Positions 1-12,670 of a DNA stretch of 64,000 nucleotides are shown here, piece after piece. The notes beneath the pieces are model-generated. The model saw nothing but the letters and a program-made list of their open reading frames with translations, had not been told where the DNA came from and did not search any database. The translations under genes and the position numbers were made by a program. Source of the stretch: Felis catus (Eukaryota). The DNA is taken from positions 134,170,001 to 134,234,000 of the forward strand of contig NC_058368.1 in the NCBI RefSeq assembly GCF_018350175.1. The letters run 5' to 3'. The stretch's first letter is position 1, and each line of letters opens with the position of its first letter.

Positions 1-1500
1 AAATCCCAATATTCAGAGGGAACATACCTCAGTGAACATATTAGGTGTTTAGTTGAGATGCCATAAAGGCCATGCATTAGGAATAAGCTACTTTAACCCT
101 ATAGGCAAGGTTACTGTATCCCTGCCCTAACAAAGCCTTCAGCAAATCCTTCTACTAATCAACTTAGTGCCTCCCAGGAAAAGAAAAGTTAACTAGCTTT
201 AAGAGAAAAGAACAAGTTCTAGACTTGCAGCGATGTAGCACTCAACAGCATCCAAGTGATAACAAAACATTATTAGACAAATGAAGAAACAGGAAAATGT
301 AAACCTAATAAGGAGAAAAACAGTCAATAAAACAGACCCAGAGATGACATAGATATTTGAATTGTGAGACAACATTTTGAAAAACTCTTATAGATGTTAG
401 ATGATTTAAAAGAGCTTAATGAGCCAACCCAGGGAAAATCTCAGCAGAGAAACAGAAATTATAAAAATAACCAATGAAAGCACTTGTGCTAAAAAAGACA
501 TCATTTACAAGGAAAAATTCACTGAGTCAGCTTATTATCTGTTTGGCAACAGCAGGAGAAAAATCACTGAATTTTATGTTTGGACACTAGAAATGATATA
601 AATGGAAGCATAACAAAGAAAAAACTTTAAAAATGGATTTAACCACGTTTAGGGCAATATCAAACAATATAACAGTGTAAGTTGGACTTTTGGTAAAAGA
701 GTATGGAGAGATTGGGAAAGGAAGATATTTGAAGATGTAATATCAAAACTCTTTCAAATTTCATGAAAAATACCAATCAACAGATCTAAGAATATCTGCA
801 AACCCCAAGTAAAATAAACATAAAGAAAATAACATGTGGGCACAGCATAGTCAAGTTTCTGAAAGTCAAACATAAAGAAAATATCTACAGGAGAAAAGAC
901 ATATAAAGTAGAACTATGTTCAGAAATACTGTTGACTTCATGGAAAACAGTGCATGCCAGAAGTCAGTTAGTGACATCTTTAAAGTACTGAAAGAAAAAG
1001 GTAAACCTAGAGTTCTCACCTCAATGAAAATATCCTTCAGAACATAAGGTGAAATACCAACTTTAAAAACAAGCAAAAGCAGAGTTAACCAGCAATGTTA
1101 AAGGTAGTTATTCAGACCCAAGGGAAATGATATCGGGTGGAGTCACAGATCCACATGAAGATACACAGGATGCCAAAAAAGTAAATACTTGGATAACGGG
1201 AACTACTTGGTATGAGTAATTCCTTAACTTCTTTACAAGATTCCTAAAGTATATGATAGTAGCACACAGAAATCGTATATGTGTATTTGCATGTTTTGAA
1301 TGAAACTACCAACCCACTTAGCCAAATTGGTATTTATAGATCACTTCAGCTAAAGACTCACAACACAGGTCCTTTTTCATGGTACATAGAACATTCATCA
1401 AGCTAGATCATAGGATGAGCCGTAAAATTATTACCAATAAGTTCCAAAAAATTGAAACCTTGGTGACTACAGTAGAATCATACTAGAAATCAACAACTAG
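1..1500 (+). mobile_element. Ancient L1M-type LINE fragments: 5'/ORF1 region (~1-1200) and start of the ORF2 endonuclease region (~1300-1500), degenerate
   Basis: A-rich sequence with L1 ORF1-like stretches (e.g. CTCTTTCAAATTTCATGAAAAATACCAATCAACAGATCTAAGAA, AAACCTAGAGTTCTCACCTCAATGAAAATATCCTTCAG) and EN-like CATAGAACATTCATCAAGCTAGATCATA. No intact ORF. Boundaries approximate. Confidence 0.7.
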
Positions 1501-1504
1501 TCAT

Positions 1505-2600
1505 ATGGGATGACTCCATTTTTCTGAAATTCTAGTACAGCCAAAACTATTCTATGGAGGAAGAGATCAGTGCTGTTGTTGCTTCTTTGGGGGATGTGTA
1601 GGAACTGACTGGGAAGAGGCATTCAGGGAAAGTTCTCAGGCGATGGAAATGTTCTCATATTGTGACCTAGGTAATGGCTATACAATATCAATAAAAAAAA
1701 TACATAGTCTGGCAGAAAATATTTACAAAACATAAATCTGACAAGTTCTTACATCAAGAGTATATAAAGAATTCCTATGGCTCAATAGAAAGAAGACAAA
1801 TTGCCCTATTAAAAATTGGGCAAAAGACTTGAAACAGACATTTCACAAAGGGAAATGTATGAATGGCCTGTATAAATATGAAAAAGTCATCAGTGCAGTT
1901 AGTCATCAGGGAAATGCAGAGTAAAACCGCAATGAGATACGACTACATACTGACTTAGTTGGCTAAAATTAAAAAGACTGATCACAGCTACTTGTGCTGA
2001 GGATGTGGAATAATAATAAATTGCTAGTGAGGAGGGTAGAATGTTGTACTACCCAAAGAAAAAGGTTTTGCAGATTAGAAAAAAAATTTTTTACAGAGTT
2101 AAACCTGTACCTGTTCTATAAACTTCTTCAGTATTTACCCAAGATGAACGAAAGCATTTTTCCCCCCGCAAAAGATTTCTTAAGGTATGTTTATTACAGA
2201 GGTATTCGTAACAGCCTGTAACTGAAAACAATCTAAATGTCCATCAACGGGATAATGGACAGACAGTTGTGCTGCATTCATGTAATGCTACTCAGCAATA
2301 AAAAGGAACAAAGTACCAATATGCACAATGACATGGCTGAATCTCAAATAGGTGCTGAGTAAAAGAAGCCAGACACACACCAAAAGAACAGATGGGATGA
2401 CTCCATTTTTATGAAGTTCTAGTACAGGCAAAACTTCTATGGAGGAAGAGAGCAGTGCTGTTGTTGCCTCTTTGGGGGATGGGCAGGAGCTGACTGGGAA
2501 GGGGCATTCAGGGAAAGCCCTCAGGCGATGGAAATGTTCTCATATGGCAATGGTTATACAAATTATACATTTGTCAGAATTCACCAACCTGTAAAATTAA
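1505..2600 (+). mobile_element. Ancient L1M (L1MC/L1ME-like) ORF2 3' part and 3' end; the 3'-end segment is present twice
   Basis: AAAATTGGGCAAAAGACTTGAAACAGACATTTCAC, TCATCAGGGAAATGCAGAGTAAAACCGCAATGAGATAC and AAATGTCCATCAAC are typical L1 ORF2-end motifs. GATGGAAATGTTCT is typical of old L1 3' UTRs. Confidence 0.8.
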
Positions 2601-3155
2601 GAATCAAAAAATGAATTCATTTGAACTAATAATAGAAAAAAGTTAATGGCCCCAAAAGAAAAGTCTACTCTTCCCCAGAGAATGCAGCAGAAGGAAAGGG
2701 CAGTTGGCATTGTGAAGGGTGGGAAGAGAGGGAAGGGGGAATTCTCAGCACTTCCAAGCAGAAATACACAGTTTCAGCATGAAAGATACAAGATCTATGA
2801 GATTTCTTGGCCCTCAGTCACTCTAAGTTGGAGGGTGTGGTGGCACTGAATTGAGGTGTTTTGGATCAGTTACGAGGTGACTCAGAGTTCATTTCCTTTC
2901 TGATTTATAGCTCATTTTTTAGAGTGTTGTCCAGAGCTAGTTTGGAAGTAGAATGGTAGATTGAGCACTGAGCCTTAAATTCAGCACCGTCTCTGCACTC
3001 TGAGTTAATGTATTTGTGTGGAATTCTTAACCCCTGTAGACTTCAGCTGTGGAATAATACGAATTTTATCAGATGATATTTGTCAAGGATGTTGGGATGT
3101 AGGAATGAAAAAGTCATGAGGAAAATACTGGTCATTATTTTATGACTATAAAAGT

Positions 3156-3160
<5 letters not shown>

Positions 3161-3202
<42 letters not shown>
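3161..3202. repeat. (CT)21 microsatellite
   Basis: Perfect CT run read directly. Confidence 0.97.
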
Positions 3203-3206
<4 letters not shown>

Positions 3207-3384
3207 GTCAATGAAACTGGGCTGTTTCAGTAACTGATTCCTGTTGTTTGCCCTTATGTAAATGCCTGTTTTGTTGGTAATTCTGCAAGTGTTTGCTCAG
3301 GTAATTGTGTGAACTATTAAAGCTCTCTTTATACTCTGGCCCTTCATTCTGAAAAAGACATGCTTTTAATAAACAGCACTTTTA

Positions 3385-3603
3385 GGGACACCTGGGTGGC
3401 TCAGTTGATTAAGCATCTGACTTCAGCTCATGTCATGATCTCATGGTTCATGGGTTTGAGCCTCACGTTGGGCTCTGTGCTGACAGTTGAGAGCCTGGAG
3501 CCTACTTCAGATTCTGTGTCTCCCTCTCTCTCTCTGCCCCTCTCCTGCCTGTGCTCTCTCCCTTTCTCTCTCTCTCTCTCTCTCAAAAATAAATAAACGT
3601 TAA
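3385..3603 (+). mobile_element. CanSINE (SINEC_Fc2-like)
   Basis: GGGACACCTGGGTGGCTCAG head, CT tract, AATAAA tail. TSD AATAAACAGCACTTTTA at 3368-3384 and 3604-3620. Confidence 0.95.
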
Positions 3604-3974
3604 AATAAACAGCACTTTTAGAAATCTTGCAGCTCAGACTGAAGATGAGACTGTTAGTAGGATTTTATTTAGGGAGAAACAAAGTCCTTTCAACGTGTTT
3701 TTACTTTTAGACTGTTCTAAAATTCACTTAGGGTAAAAAAAATCTCATTAATTAATATTTGATTAAACCAAGCTCTAAACAGGAAAGTTCCTTCATTGCT
3801 CTCCCATTAGCCTCTGGGTTTCTTCCTTCAGCTGTTATCTTGGCCTGTTGTGCCCATGGCCACCTTCTGGGCCCAGTAATGGCTGTTGTGTTCCTTTAAG
3901 GCCCACCTCCATTGAGGTGATGCTTAAACTTTGGGTGTTGATCACTCCATCTTCTGTGCTTTGAAAGCTAGGCT

Positions 3975-4120
3975 GTGAGCACCCTGAGGGCAGGGGCTGT
4001 GCTTTATTCCTCTTAAACTCCAAGTGTAGTGTCTAGCGTACCATGCCAAATTTGTGCTGAATATATGGACAAATGTATATGAATACATGAACAAATGAGA
4101 TATGAATGATAGTGAATAAA
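3975..4120 (+). mobile_element. L2 3'-end fragment
   Basis: TGAGCACCCTGAGGGCAGGGGCTGTGCTTTATT followed by a degenerate (ATGA)n-like tail. Confidence 0.5.
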
Positions 4121-4209
4121 TGAAGTAGACTTCTTAATTTCTTAAAGTTCATTTAGGCTTTCAGTAAAAGGTAAGGGTTGTTTTTTTTTTTTTATATAAA
4201 GAAAATGTA

Positions 4210-4422
4210 GGGGCGCCTGGGTGGCGCAGTCGGTTAAGCGCCGACTTCAGCCAGGTCACGATCTTGCGGTCCCTGAGTTCGAGCCCCGCGTCGGGCTCTG
4301 GGCTGATGGCTCGGAGCCTGGAGCCTGTTTCCAATTCTGTGTCTCCCTCTCTCTCTGCCCCTCCCCCTTTCATGCTCTGTCTCTCTCTGTCCCAAAAATA
4401 AATAAAAAAAAAAAAAAAAAAA
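4210..4422 (+). mobile_element. Young felid CanSINE (SINEC_Fc-like)
   Basis: CpG-rich head GGGGCGCCTGGGTGGCGCAGTCGG with variant ACTTCAGCCAGGTCACG...GGGCTGATGGCTC and a long pure A tail. TSD AAAGAAAATGTA at 4198-4209 and 4423-4434. Confidence 0.97.
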
Positions 4423-7400
4423 AAAGAAAATGTACCATACAGATTTTATAAAGGAATCTCCATTTTATTTTATACAGAGCTGTAATATATTTAAAACTGA
4501 AAGTGAGCTTGTTTTTATATTTGGAATAAATCACCAAGTATGGATATATGAATACTCTTGCATATCTGAAATGAAAGAAGTACCTTCTTTACCTATAATC
4601 TTATGGCTATGTCCTAGCTGAGTTGTCTCAGTGACCCAACACAAGGCTGTTTTCACCAACAGGGTAAGGGGCTTGGTATAAACACACTAATCAGGCTTTT
4701 GTGATGAGGATTATCCTGTCTAATTGAGGAACATTACCTCGTATTTCATCTTCAGTTACATTCATGGTCAGCTGAGTGGCCAACATATGTTTGCCCTAAT
4801 TATTTGCCCCCAAATGACTGCGCTAATTGTTTTTCTGAGTAGAGATGGGATTCTTGGGAGATTGAATACAAATGCCGTCTATGATTCATAAATGGATTTT
4901 GGCTAGGTAGACATTTTAAACCCCACAGACATCTTGAGGGCTTCCTGGCTGAGAAAGGGGAGCACCATGATAACTTATGGGGCATGGTGTGGAAGAGACA
5001 AGATTGCTTGGATATTGTCGAGTTAAAAAGTCTAGCATATTGTTTTGGTGACTGTCTGTATTCTTACAATTACTGTGCTTTCCTGATGAGACTCTGAGCT
5101 CCACAGTGGCTGGGTCACTTTGTTTTTTCACTCTGTATCCTCCACACCTTTTGCTGAGGATGTGGAACAACAGTACATTGCTGGTGAGAAGGTAAAATGT
5201 TGTAACTCCCAAAGAAAAGGGATTTGCAGGTTAAAAGTTTTTTTTCCCCCGATTTGTACTTTCTGAGCAGGTAATAAGTAATTGTCAAATGAATGAATGA
5301 ATTGGGATATGCATTGCAGATCAAATGCTCCTTAAAAGCAATCTCTCCACTCTGATATTTAGAAAGCTAGATGTGTAGTAATTTATCTGGGCAGTTCTTG
5401 CATCACTTACTTTCCACTTATATGGTGGTTATTTAAGTGCATACTTAATCTTACTATTAGCTTCTCACTTTCTTGTCCGGAGGAAATATTTCTAACTTAC
5501 CTTTACATTTTCTACAGTGCCTACACTGTTCAGCCTTCAATTAGGTCATTTGTTGAATGAATGAATCATAAGGAACCCTGTAAAACTTAAAGTGATGTTT
5601 ATTGCTACTTACTTATTAACACTCAATAAATATTTTGTTGGAAAGCAAGGGATTTTATCTCCATTTGTATCAAATCAATCAAGCATGGAGTCAGTGACAA
5701 ATACTCTTCTTCCTGGGCATGTGACATGTGGAAGCTCTTGAGGATGCCTTGTTTGAGTAGAATATACTGTGGGAGCACATCCTTCTGTGAGTTCCTAATT
5801 CTTTTATTCAGAATTTCTTTAGTTATATCATGCTTCTATTAGACAAATGTGCTGGTTCTCACAGAGTGCAGACAGGTAAAAGATGCTTTTAACTACATAT
5901 CAGTTTAGCTATGACCAGCAACAAGATTCTAGTTATCAGAGAATCAAATTAACTTTGTAGCCCTTGTGCTGTGGACCTTGTATCCTTGATATCTGGCCTA
6001 TAATGATGAAGGTAAAAAGGTTCACTCTTTGCTCCTACCTTGGGCAACCCTTTGGCAGAGAGGTCTGTGAGCTTTCACCAACTCCTTAGACATACTTATT
6101 CACCCTGAGCTGATGTATGTATTTCCCAACCCAAGGAAAATTTAGTGGGGTCTCATGCTTCCCTCCAGCCTCTTTTCTGAGCTAAAGTCTTGAAACACTT
6201 TATATTTGCAAGTAGGAACAAGCAACCTATCTCTCATATGGGTTGAGGTTGACCCATAGGCTTTGAATCCTTTTTGTTGTGGCAATAGGAATGGGGAAAA
6301 CAGCAAAATGGAATGACGGACAGGGTTTAGCAGGATGTTCTATAAGCAGAACCAGAGAATCAAAGAGAAAATAGCAAGCGGAAAAATGGGGAAGATCCAG
6401 GATCTTGATATGTTCCAAAGTCCAGTGGTATGGGAAGTTTGAAGAAGGGGAAGTGAACAGAGTTGATTACCTAGAGAATGCAGAAAACAAGAAGTGAGAA
6501 AAGAAGTAATTTCATTCGTCAGGAAGGCTATTGGAGACTTTAAATTGTGCCATTTTAGGACAGGTCACATGGAAATAAGCAGTGAAGAAACGGAAGCAAT
6601 GACTGTAATCCACTTATTCTAGAAAGCTAGCCGGGTTCTCTGGAAGTCACTTTTCATGTCTGTTACCTTTACTTTTCCTTTCTGTTGGCTTAGCTTGAGT
6701 CATAAAAACTTTTCATTTGAGTCAGAGCAGGAAAAGAATTTCCTGTAGCTGGGGAATTTGGGCAGAGTTGGCAAGGTCATCCCGTTGGCCATCTTCACAT
6801 TCAGTTTCTTTCTCTATTTTAATAACATTGGGTGATGATGATGAGTGGTTCTGTTGTGACATTAGAACTGTTTTCATGATTTCCACATGCCGTGAAATGA
6901 GATCTGAGTTACCAAAAGGTTACATTTATTGGAATACAGAAATGACAGTGGGAAGGGGGTAGAAAAGAGGAAGCTGTGGAAGATGGTTGAGAACACTAAG
7001 ATTTGGGGGAAGTGGTGGTGGAGGCTGAGGGCAACACATTTATCACAGAGGCAGAGATTTAGGGGCTCAGTGCTTGGTGTTGACCTCCGGTTAGACGGAT
7101 GGGCTTTGTTGGTGTTCTCATAATGAAACTCAAGAGAAAAGATCCCTAGTGGTTTTGCTCCTTCTGAGTTCCTGTGCCTGGGTATGGCTCTGGCTTAGCC
7201 TGGGATGGGTCCAGAGACGTTTTTGTAGACACTAGTGTTATGTTGTTGAAGTAAGGTCTGTTTACCACTTGCCACTTACTACTGCTCTAAGGAATGGAGG
7301 AAGGGGGGACACTTACTGGGTCGCCTAAAGGAAAGAAAGCCTGAGTTCTGGTGCCTGTTCTGTCTGGTGTTTGCCTAATACACACACACCTTTGCCTTTC

Positions 7401-8475
7401 ACCAAACATCTCTACCCAGCATCTCGAATCTTAGCTTTCTTGCCTGTAAAATGGCTTTACTAATAGCCTATCTCCCAGGGTATTTGTAGGGCCAGAAGAA
7501 ATGTGTTAAAAAGGAATTTAAAACCAAAAAGTTGCATTACAAATAAAATGCAGTATTACTAAGCAAGGAAAGAAGATAAATAGAAGACAGTAAAGAATTG
7601 AGTCAGGGCTAAATATTTCTTCTTATTCCCATTACCCACACTCCTATGGGGGAGGTAACTGAGACCCAGCCTCCTTTGTGGGCTCCATAATTCATTACAA
7701 CCAGAATGTGAGGGTATGAGCTACAAAGCAAGAAATCAAAGCTCTCGGATTCTGTGGAAGCTTTAGTTTGTATAAAATGCCTTTCATTGGATCTACCATA
7801 TAGTTAGCACTCAGAAAATTTTTATATCATTCTCTCTTTTCAGTTCCTCTCCCTCCAGCCAAACAATGGCCTTATTAAAGCTTCTCAGCAGTAGATACAT
7901 GTCGGTGAGATCAAAAGCATACACAACATTGGGCCATTTTTTAAGTAGAAAAATCACAACAACATCTACAGATTTTATCAACATATGGTCATTTAAACAG
8001 ATTACTAGAGGTATCTCAGACTTCTTCTTTAAACCTCCGTAGTCTGCTTCCCCATTGTGTTTGTCTTCAGTGAAATTGACAGAGCCTTCCAACTTAGGTC
8101 ACACCATTGACAGTTTTTAGTTACTGGAATCATGTGTATCATCTAGCATGCACAAGCTTTACAATGAAGATGCATAATGGAAAGACTGTTTGCTAGAGAC
8201 TTGATGGCAGAATACTGTGCAGTTGATGAAAGACCTCAAAGTGTGGTTTGGCTTTAAACTATTTTGACCTGTATTATAAAAACTCCGGAAAACTTAGAAA
8301 GTGAATAAATGTAGAAAGAAAACAGCAATCACCAATATTTTACAACCCAGATGTAACAACTATTAATATTGTGATGTGTTTTCTTCTCTTTTCCTATTTA
8401 TGGATGTGCATAGATATTTACAACAGCTAGCACATTTTAGCTACCTTTTTTTCTTTACTTAGTAATATATAATGA

Positions 8476-8505
8476 ACAGTTTCCCATAGCACAGTTTCCC
8501 ATAGC
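8476..8505. repeat. 15-bp perfect tandem duplication ACAGTTTCCCATAGC x2
   Basis: Read directly, within probable very old L1 sequence. Confidence 0.9.
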
Positions 8506-10029
8506 ACTAAAATTTATCAAAGCATTAATAGGTATATGATACTTCATCTTATGGATATCGTTTTGTTCATTGCTACTTTTTCTTTGATCTTGTTTTCGTT
8601 TATGCTGGATTTGTAGAAGATTAATAATAGTTTCATGTATTTTTGAAATTAAATAAAGTAATACACCAATGTATTTTCATGTTAAAAGTCTCAATTACAT
8701 AAAGCTCTCCAATATATCCCATCCTCAGATGTAACTGTTACTATTTTGTATGTATCTTTCCAGACTTTTTCTAGGCATTTGCATTTATATATGTGAACAT
8801 TTAGAAAATAGTTCTTTACAGCTGATGCTTCTTTATAATTTATTTAACAAATCTTTCACTATTAATTATTTAGATAGGGTCTAATTTTTGTTGTAAAAAG
8901 TAACTCATAGCTTTGCACATAAAAGTTGAATGCTTCTATGATCATTTCTTTGGAATAAATTTATAGAATTATTGGGTTTGAGCATATGCTCCCGTGGATA
9001 TTATCTTAAGAAGATAGTATACACTAGTATATACTTTTCATTATTACAAACCTGGAGCCTTTTTGGTGCTGAGTAAATATACCCATCTGTCTAATGGACA
9101 AGAAAAAAAAAAAGAAGTCATTGGAAGTCTGGGGGAAAAGTTATAGAAGAAAACCAAGGGGCAGGCTAAAATGTAGTACTCTGAGTAATTTATTATGTGT
9201 AGGACAGTGGTTGCTTAAACTACAAAGCCAAATATTCACTGGACAGATAATTCAGGAAGGAGAAAGACTGATAATCTGAATACATGAGTAACTTATTTGT
9301 ATTTAAAATTGCTATAATCACCACTCGCTTCAGCCCCGTATAGTTTTTTCTTTCATCTTGTATATTGCTTGTAGCTTAGCATTCCATTATTATTTTTTTC
9401 TTGAAAACTTATCTTCCAGTAGGCTTATGTTTTACAGTGTTTTGTGTGTATAAAAAATAGGATGGGACACTTGTGGTTGGTTATGAGTTTGTTCAGACTG
9501 ATGTCTTTTATCATAGAGTTGACTGAATTTTATTCCTTGAAAATTGAAGTTTATTCTTATTAATAAATATTGAAATACACATTTAGACACATAACAATCC
9601 CATAATATTCAGAGTATTTTACCTAATATTTTAAATTTTGTAAAATCTCTTGAGAAATAATATTGCTTGCTGTAATGAGACTTACTGGATTTAAATTTTA
9701 AATACCAAGCGTGTATCATTCTTACAAAACTATTAAGTGATTTTTAAAAGTTCCGCATCAATTTACACTTCTGGCATCCTTGTATGGGAGTATAAGTCTT
9801 ATTATATTTTCTACCACATCTTTTTTATTTTATTGTTAACTCTTGATAGGTGAAAATAATGTTTTAATCTGTTAATTTATGTCTCTCTCACTATTGGCTA
9901 GATTGGATATTTTTTATTAATCGTTCCTTGCTGGGAAATATGCTCTTTATCAATTTTTCAGCATTTGTCTTGTCAATATCTGCATCATGCATGCAATTTT
10001 GAAGACTGTCTTTCCATTAAGCACTTTTT

Positions 10030-10189
10030 CTTCAATTGAAATTTTTATCAAGACAATTGTAGATTCACACACAATTGTAAGAAATAATACAGAGTAATCA
10101 ATCCCTTGTACACTTCGCCCAGTTCCCTCAACCGGGGCATCATATTGATAGAGTTCAGAAATCCTAAGATTTCCTCAGTTTTACTTGCG

Positions 10190-10239
<50 letters not shown>

Positions 10240-10480
10240 TCTGACACAGCTTTGTCACCTGTGTAAATTCACATGTTCCCCTCCTCAGTCAAGATTCTGG
10301 ACAATTCCCACAGGCACCACAAGGATCCCTCATGCCTCTCTTTTATAATGGCAACCACCTCCTTCCAGTGCTCCCCCCACAGACCTTTGCAGCCCACGTC
10401 TGCCCTTCATTTCTAAACACTATCCTTTCAAAGATGTTATAAAAATAGAATCGTACAGTATGTAACACGAACACTTTGTA
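10030..10480 (-). mobile_element. Old L1M 3'-end fragment
   Basis: TAGATTCACACACAATTGTAAGAAATAATACAGAG...CCCTTGTACACTTCGCCCAGTT resembles the reverse complement of old L1 3' ends. Confidence 0.65.
10193..10236. repeat. (TG)22 microsatellite
   Basis: Perfect TG run. Confidence 0.97.
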
Positions 10481-11909
10481 AAGTTGAAGAAAACGTGGAT
10501 GTCCCATCCCCATGTTTTCTTTTTTTTCCTCTCGTAGCCAAGAGCAATTATCCAGCCTCCCTTGGCTTGGCTTTTCTCTTCTAAAGTTTTTGGGGTCTAG
10601 AGACCCTCTACTTTTCAAAGACTCTTCATTCTCATCTCAAGTGATTCCTGGCTGTTAGAAATAGGTTTTCAAGTATAGTAAGAGCATGGAATGGCTGAGG
10701 CCAATGTTGAGAAGGAAATGAAATGAAACCTTATCTTAAATTTTGAGAGTGAGAAACCCCCAGAGCAGTATTTCATGACTGTCATAGTTTCTTTCCATTA
10801 TATGTGCCCAGAGAGAAACTATAGCAGAAATCCAGAGTTCCGCCTTAGACTCAGTAACAACACAGCAAAATTGTCAGAAACTTGAAGGGAAGAAGAGACT
10901 CCTTTTTCTTTGCTATTCTGTATCAAGGCAAGAAACACCAGGGCCATAAAGATTTCCCAAATTTGCTAGTCGGCCACCATGTCCAGAATTCTGGTATCCC
11001 TTGGGCTCCACAAGTCCTATGATGGAACAGGCCCAGGGAAAGAGCTCCCTGCCTCTGATGTCCACCTTTTTCAAGGCTCTAGAGGTTTACTTCGGTATGA
11101 TTGTTCTGACTTGATAAACTATTTTACCTTTGCTGGAGTTGGAGCTCTGAAATATAATCAAGCTTCAATAAATTCATAAGAAATACTTGTAAAATGCAAT
11201 TCAAATATATCTTATATGAGAAAAATAGAAAAATAGAGTGGGTATTTATATTAGGGTATTGCTATTATAGTGGGTAGCAACTGGGCCATGGATGGAATAC
11301 AGCTTATTTTTTCTAATGACATCATTTGAGCCCTCATTTATCTGGGAAGTGAAAATCAATCCCAGTTATTGCTGTATCTCTCAATTTCCCATTTTCTCTC
11401 AAGTTGCATTCAAGTCCTAGGTTTTACCTGGTACAATGGGTGCATCAGTACAGGAATTTAGGGGAGAGGGTGGGGTAAGCATTGATGAGACTTAAGACCT
11501 TAAGACCTGATAATTTAAGAAATGTTTTCCCTCCTCTTGTAGGGTTATCAAGACTGACATTAATTCAAAGGTCCCTTAGAAGCCACATGCACTTCTAGCA
11601 AGACTGCCTTCTGCTCTGTTTCCATGCCTGGAGGCAATGGGGGCTGGCGGTGAGTTTTGGGAAGGAGGAGACCCTTCTAGCTTGCTTTCGGAAACCTCAG
11701 GATGCCTGGAAGAGACAACCAACCTGTCAGGTCTTTGTGCCCACGCCCATGCTCTGATCTCTCCCTATCAGTCATCCTTCTTCCTCCTTTTCAGCAGCAC
11801 TTTATTTCAAGGATCTATTAGGAAGGAAGTAACAGAAGGAAGCTAACATGTATAGAACATATGCTGATATTAGATTTTGTTCTCTCATTTATGCCTTCAA
11901 CACATCACC

Positions 11910-12454
11910 TGGTCCTGCCCTCTCAACCTTGACAGCATCCCCAGAATCTAGCTGCTGCTGCCCAACTCCCACCACCTCCAGGCCAAGCCACTACCACCGC
12001 CCTCCTGGATTAGTGCCTTAGCCTCCTTAATGGACTCCCTGATTCTGTCCTTGCCTTTGCAGTTTAATCACAGCATGAGAGCTAGGGTGATTCTTTTACA
12101 ACAGAACTCAGACCATGTCTTGCCTTTGCTTAGGATGTGCAGAAGGTCCATCTCATGCAGAGTAAAGCCTGAAACCTTCTTTCCACTGGCTTACAAGACC
12201 CTACATGATTCTCAGCTGTCTGGACAGTCTGACCTTATCCCCCCCCACCCACTCCCTTCCTCAGTCTGCTCCAGCCACTTTGGTATCTTCACCGTTGTGT
12301 GAAAAAGCAAACACATTCCTGCCTCAGAACGTTTCCACCTGCTATTCCCTCTGCCAGAAAGGCTGTTCCATCAAATACCTGTGTGACCAGCTGGAGGACA
12401 TTGCTAATCACTTTATATAGAAATGGAATGCTCGATGACACTTATGGGCATTTA

Positions 12455-12506
<52 letters not shown>

Positions 12507-12670
12507 TTGTCTGTCTGTCTCCTTGAACCTTGCTTCCTCTCAGGTTGTTGTCTGCACCAAGAAAGCAATGGCTATTACCCATATTGTACACTGCTTTGTC
12601 CCCAACTCCTGGAAGAGGGTCTGACACAATGTTGTCAATAAATGTTTTGGAATGAATCAATGAATGAATC
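11910..12670 (+). mobile_element. L2 (L2a-like) 3' region
   Basis: CCTGGATTAGTGCCTTAGCCTCCTTAATGGACTCCCTG, GTGATTCTTTTACAACAGAACTCAGACCATGTC and terminal CAATAAATGTTTTGGAATGAATCAATGAATGAAT. Confidence 0.8.
12456..12506. repeat. (TTAC)n tetranucleotide microsatellite, ~12 units
   Basis: Read directly. It explains the LLTY-repeat ORFs in the track. Confidence 0.95.

Noticed and set aside
4210..4290. tRNA gene (A-box TGGCGCAGTCGG, B-box GAGTTCGAGCC)
   Set aside because: This is the tRNA-derived head of a CanSINE, followed by a CT tract, A tail and TSD. The same applies to the other SINE heads.
12299..12641. ORFs with LLTY repeats
   Set aside because: Translation of the (TTAC)n microsatellite inside an L2.
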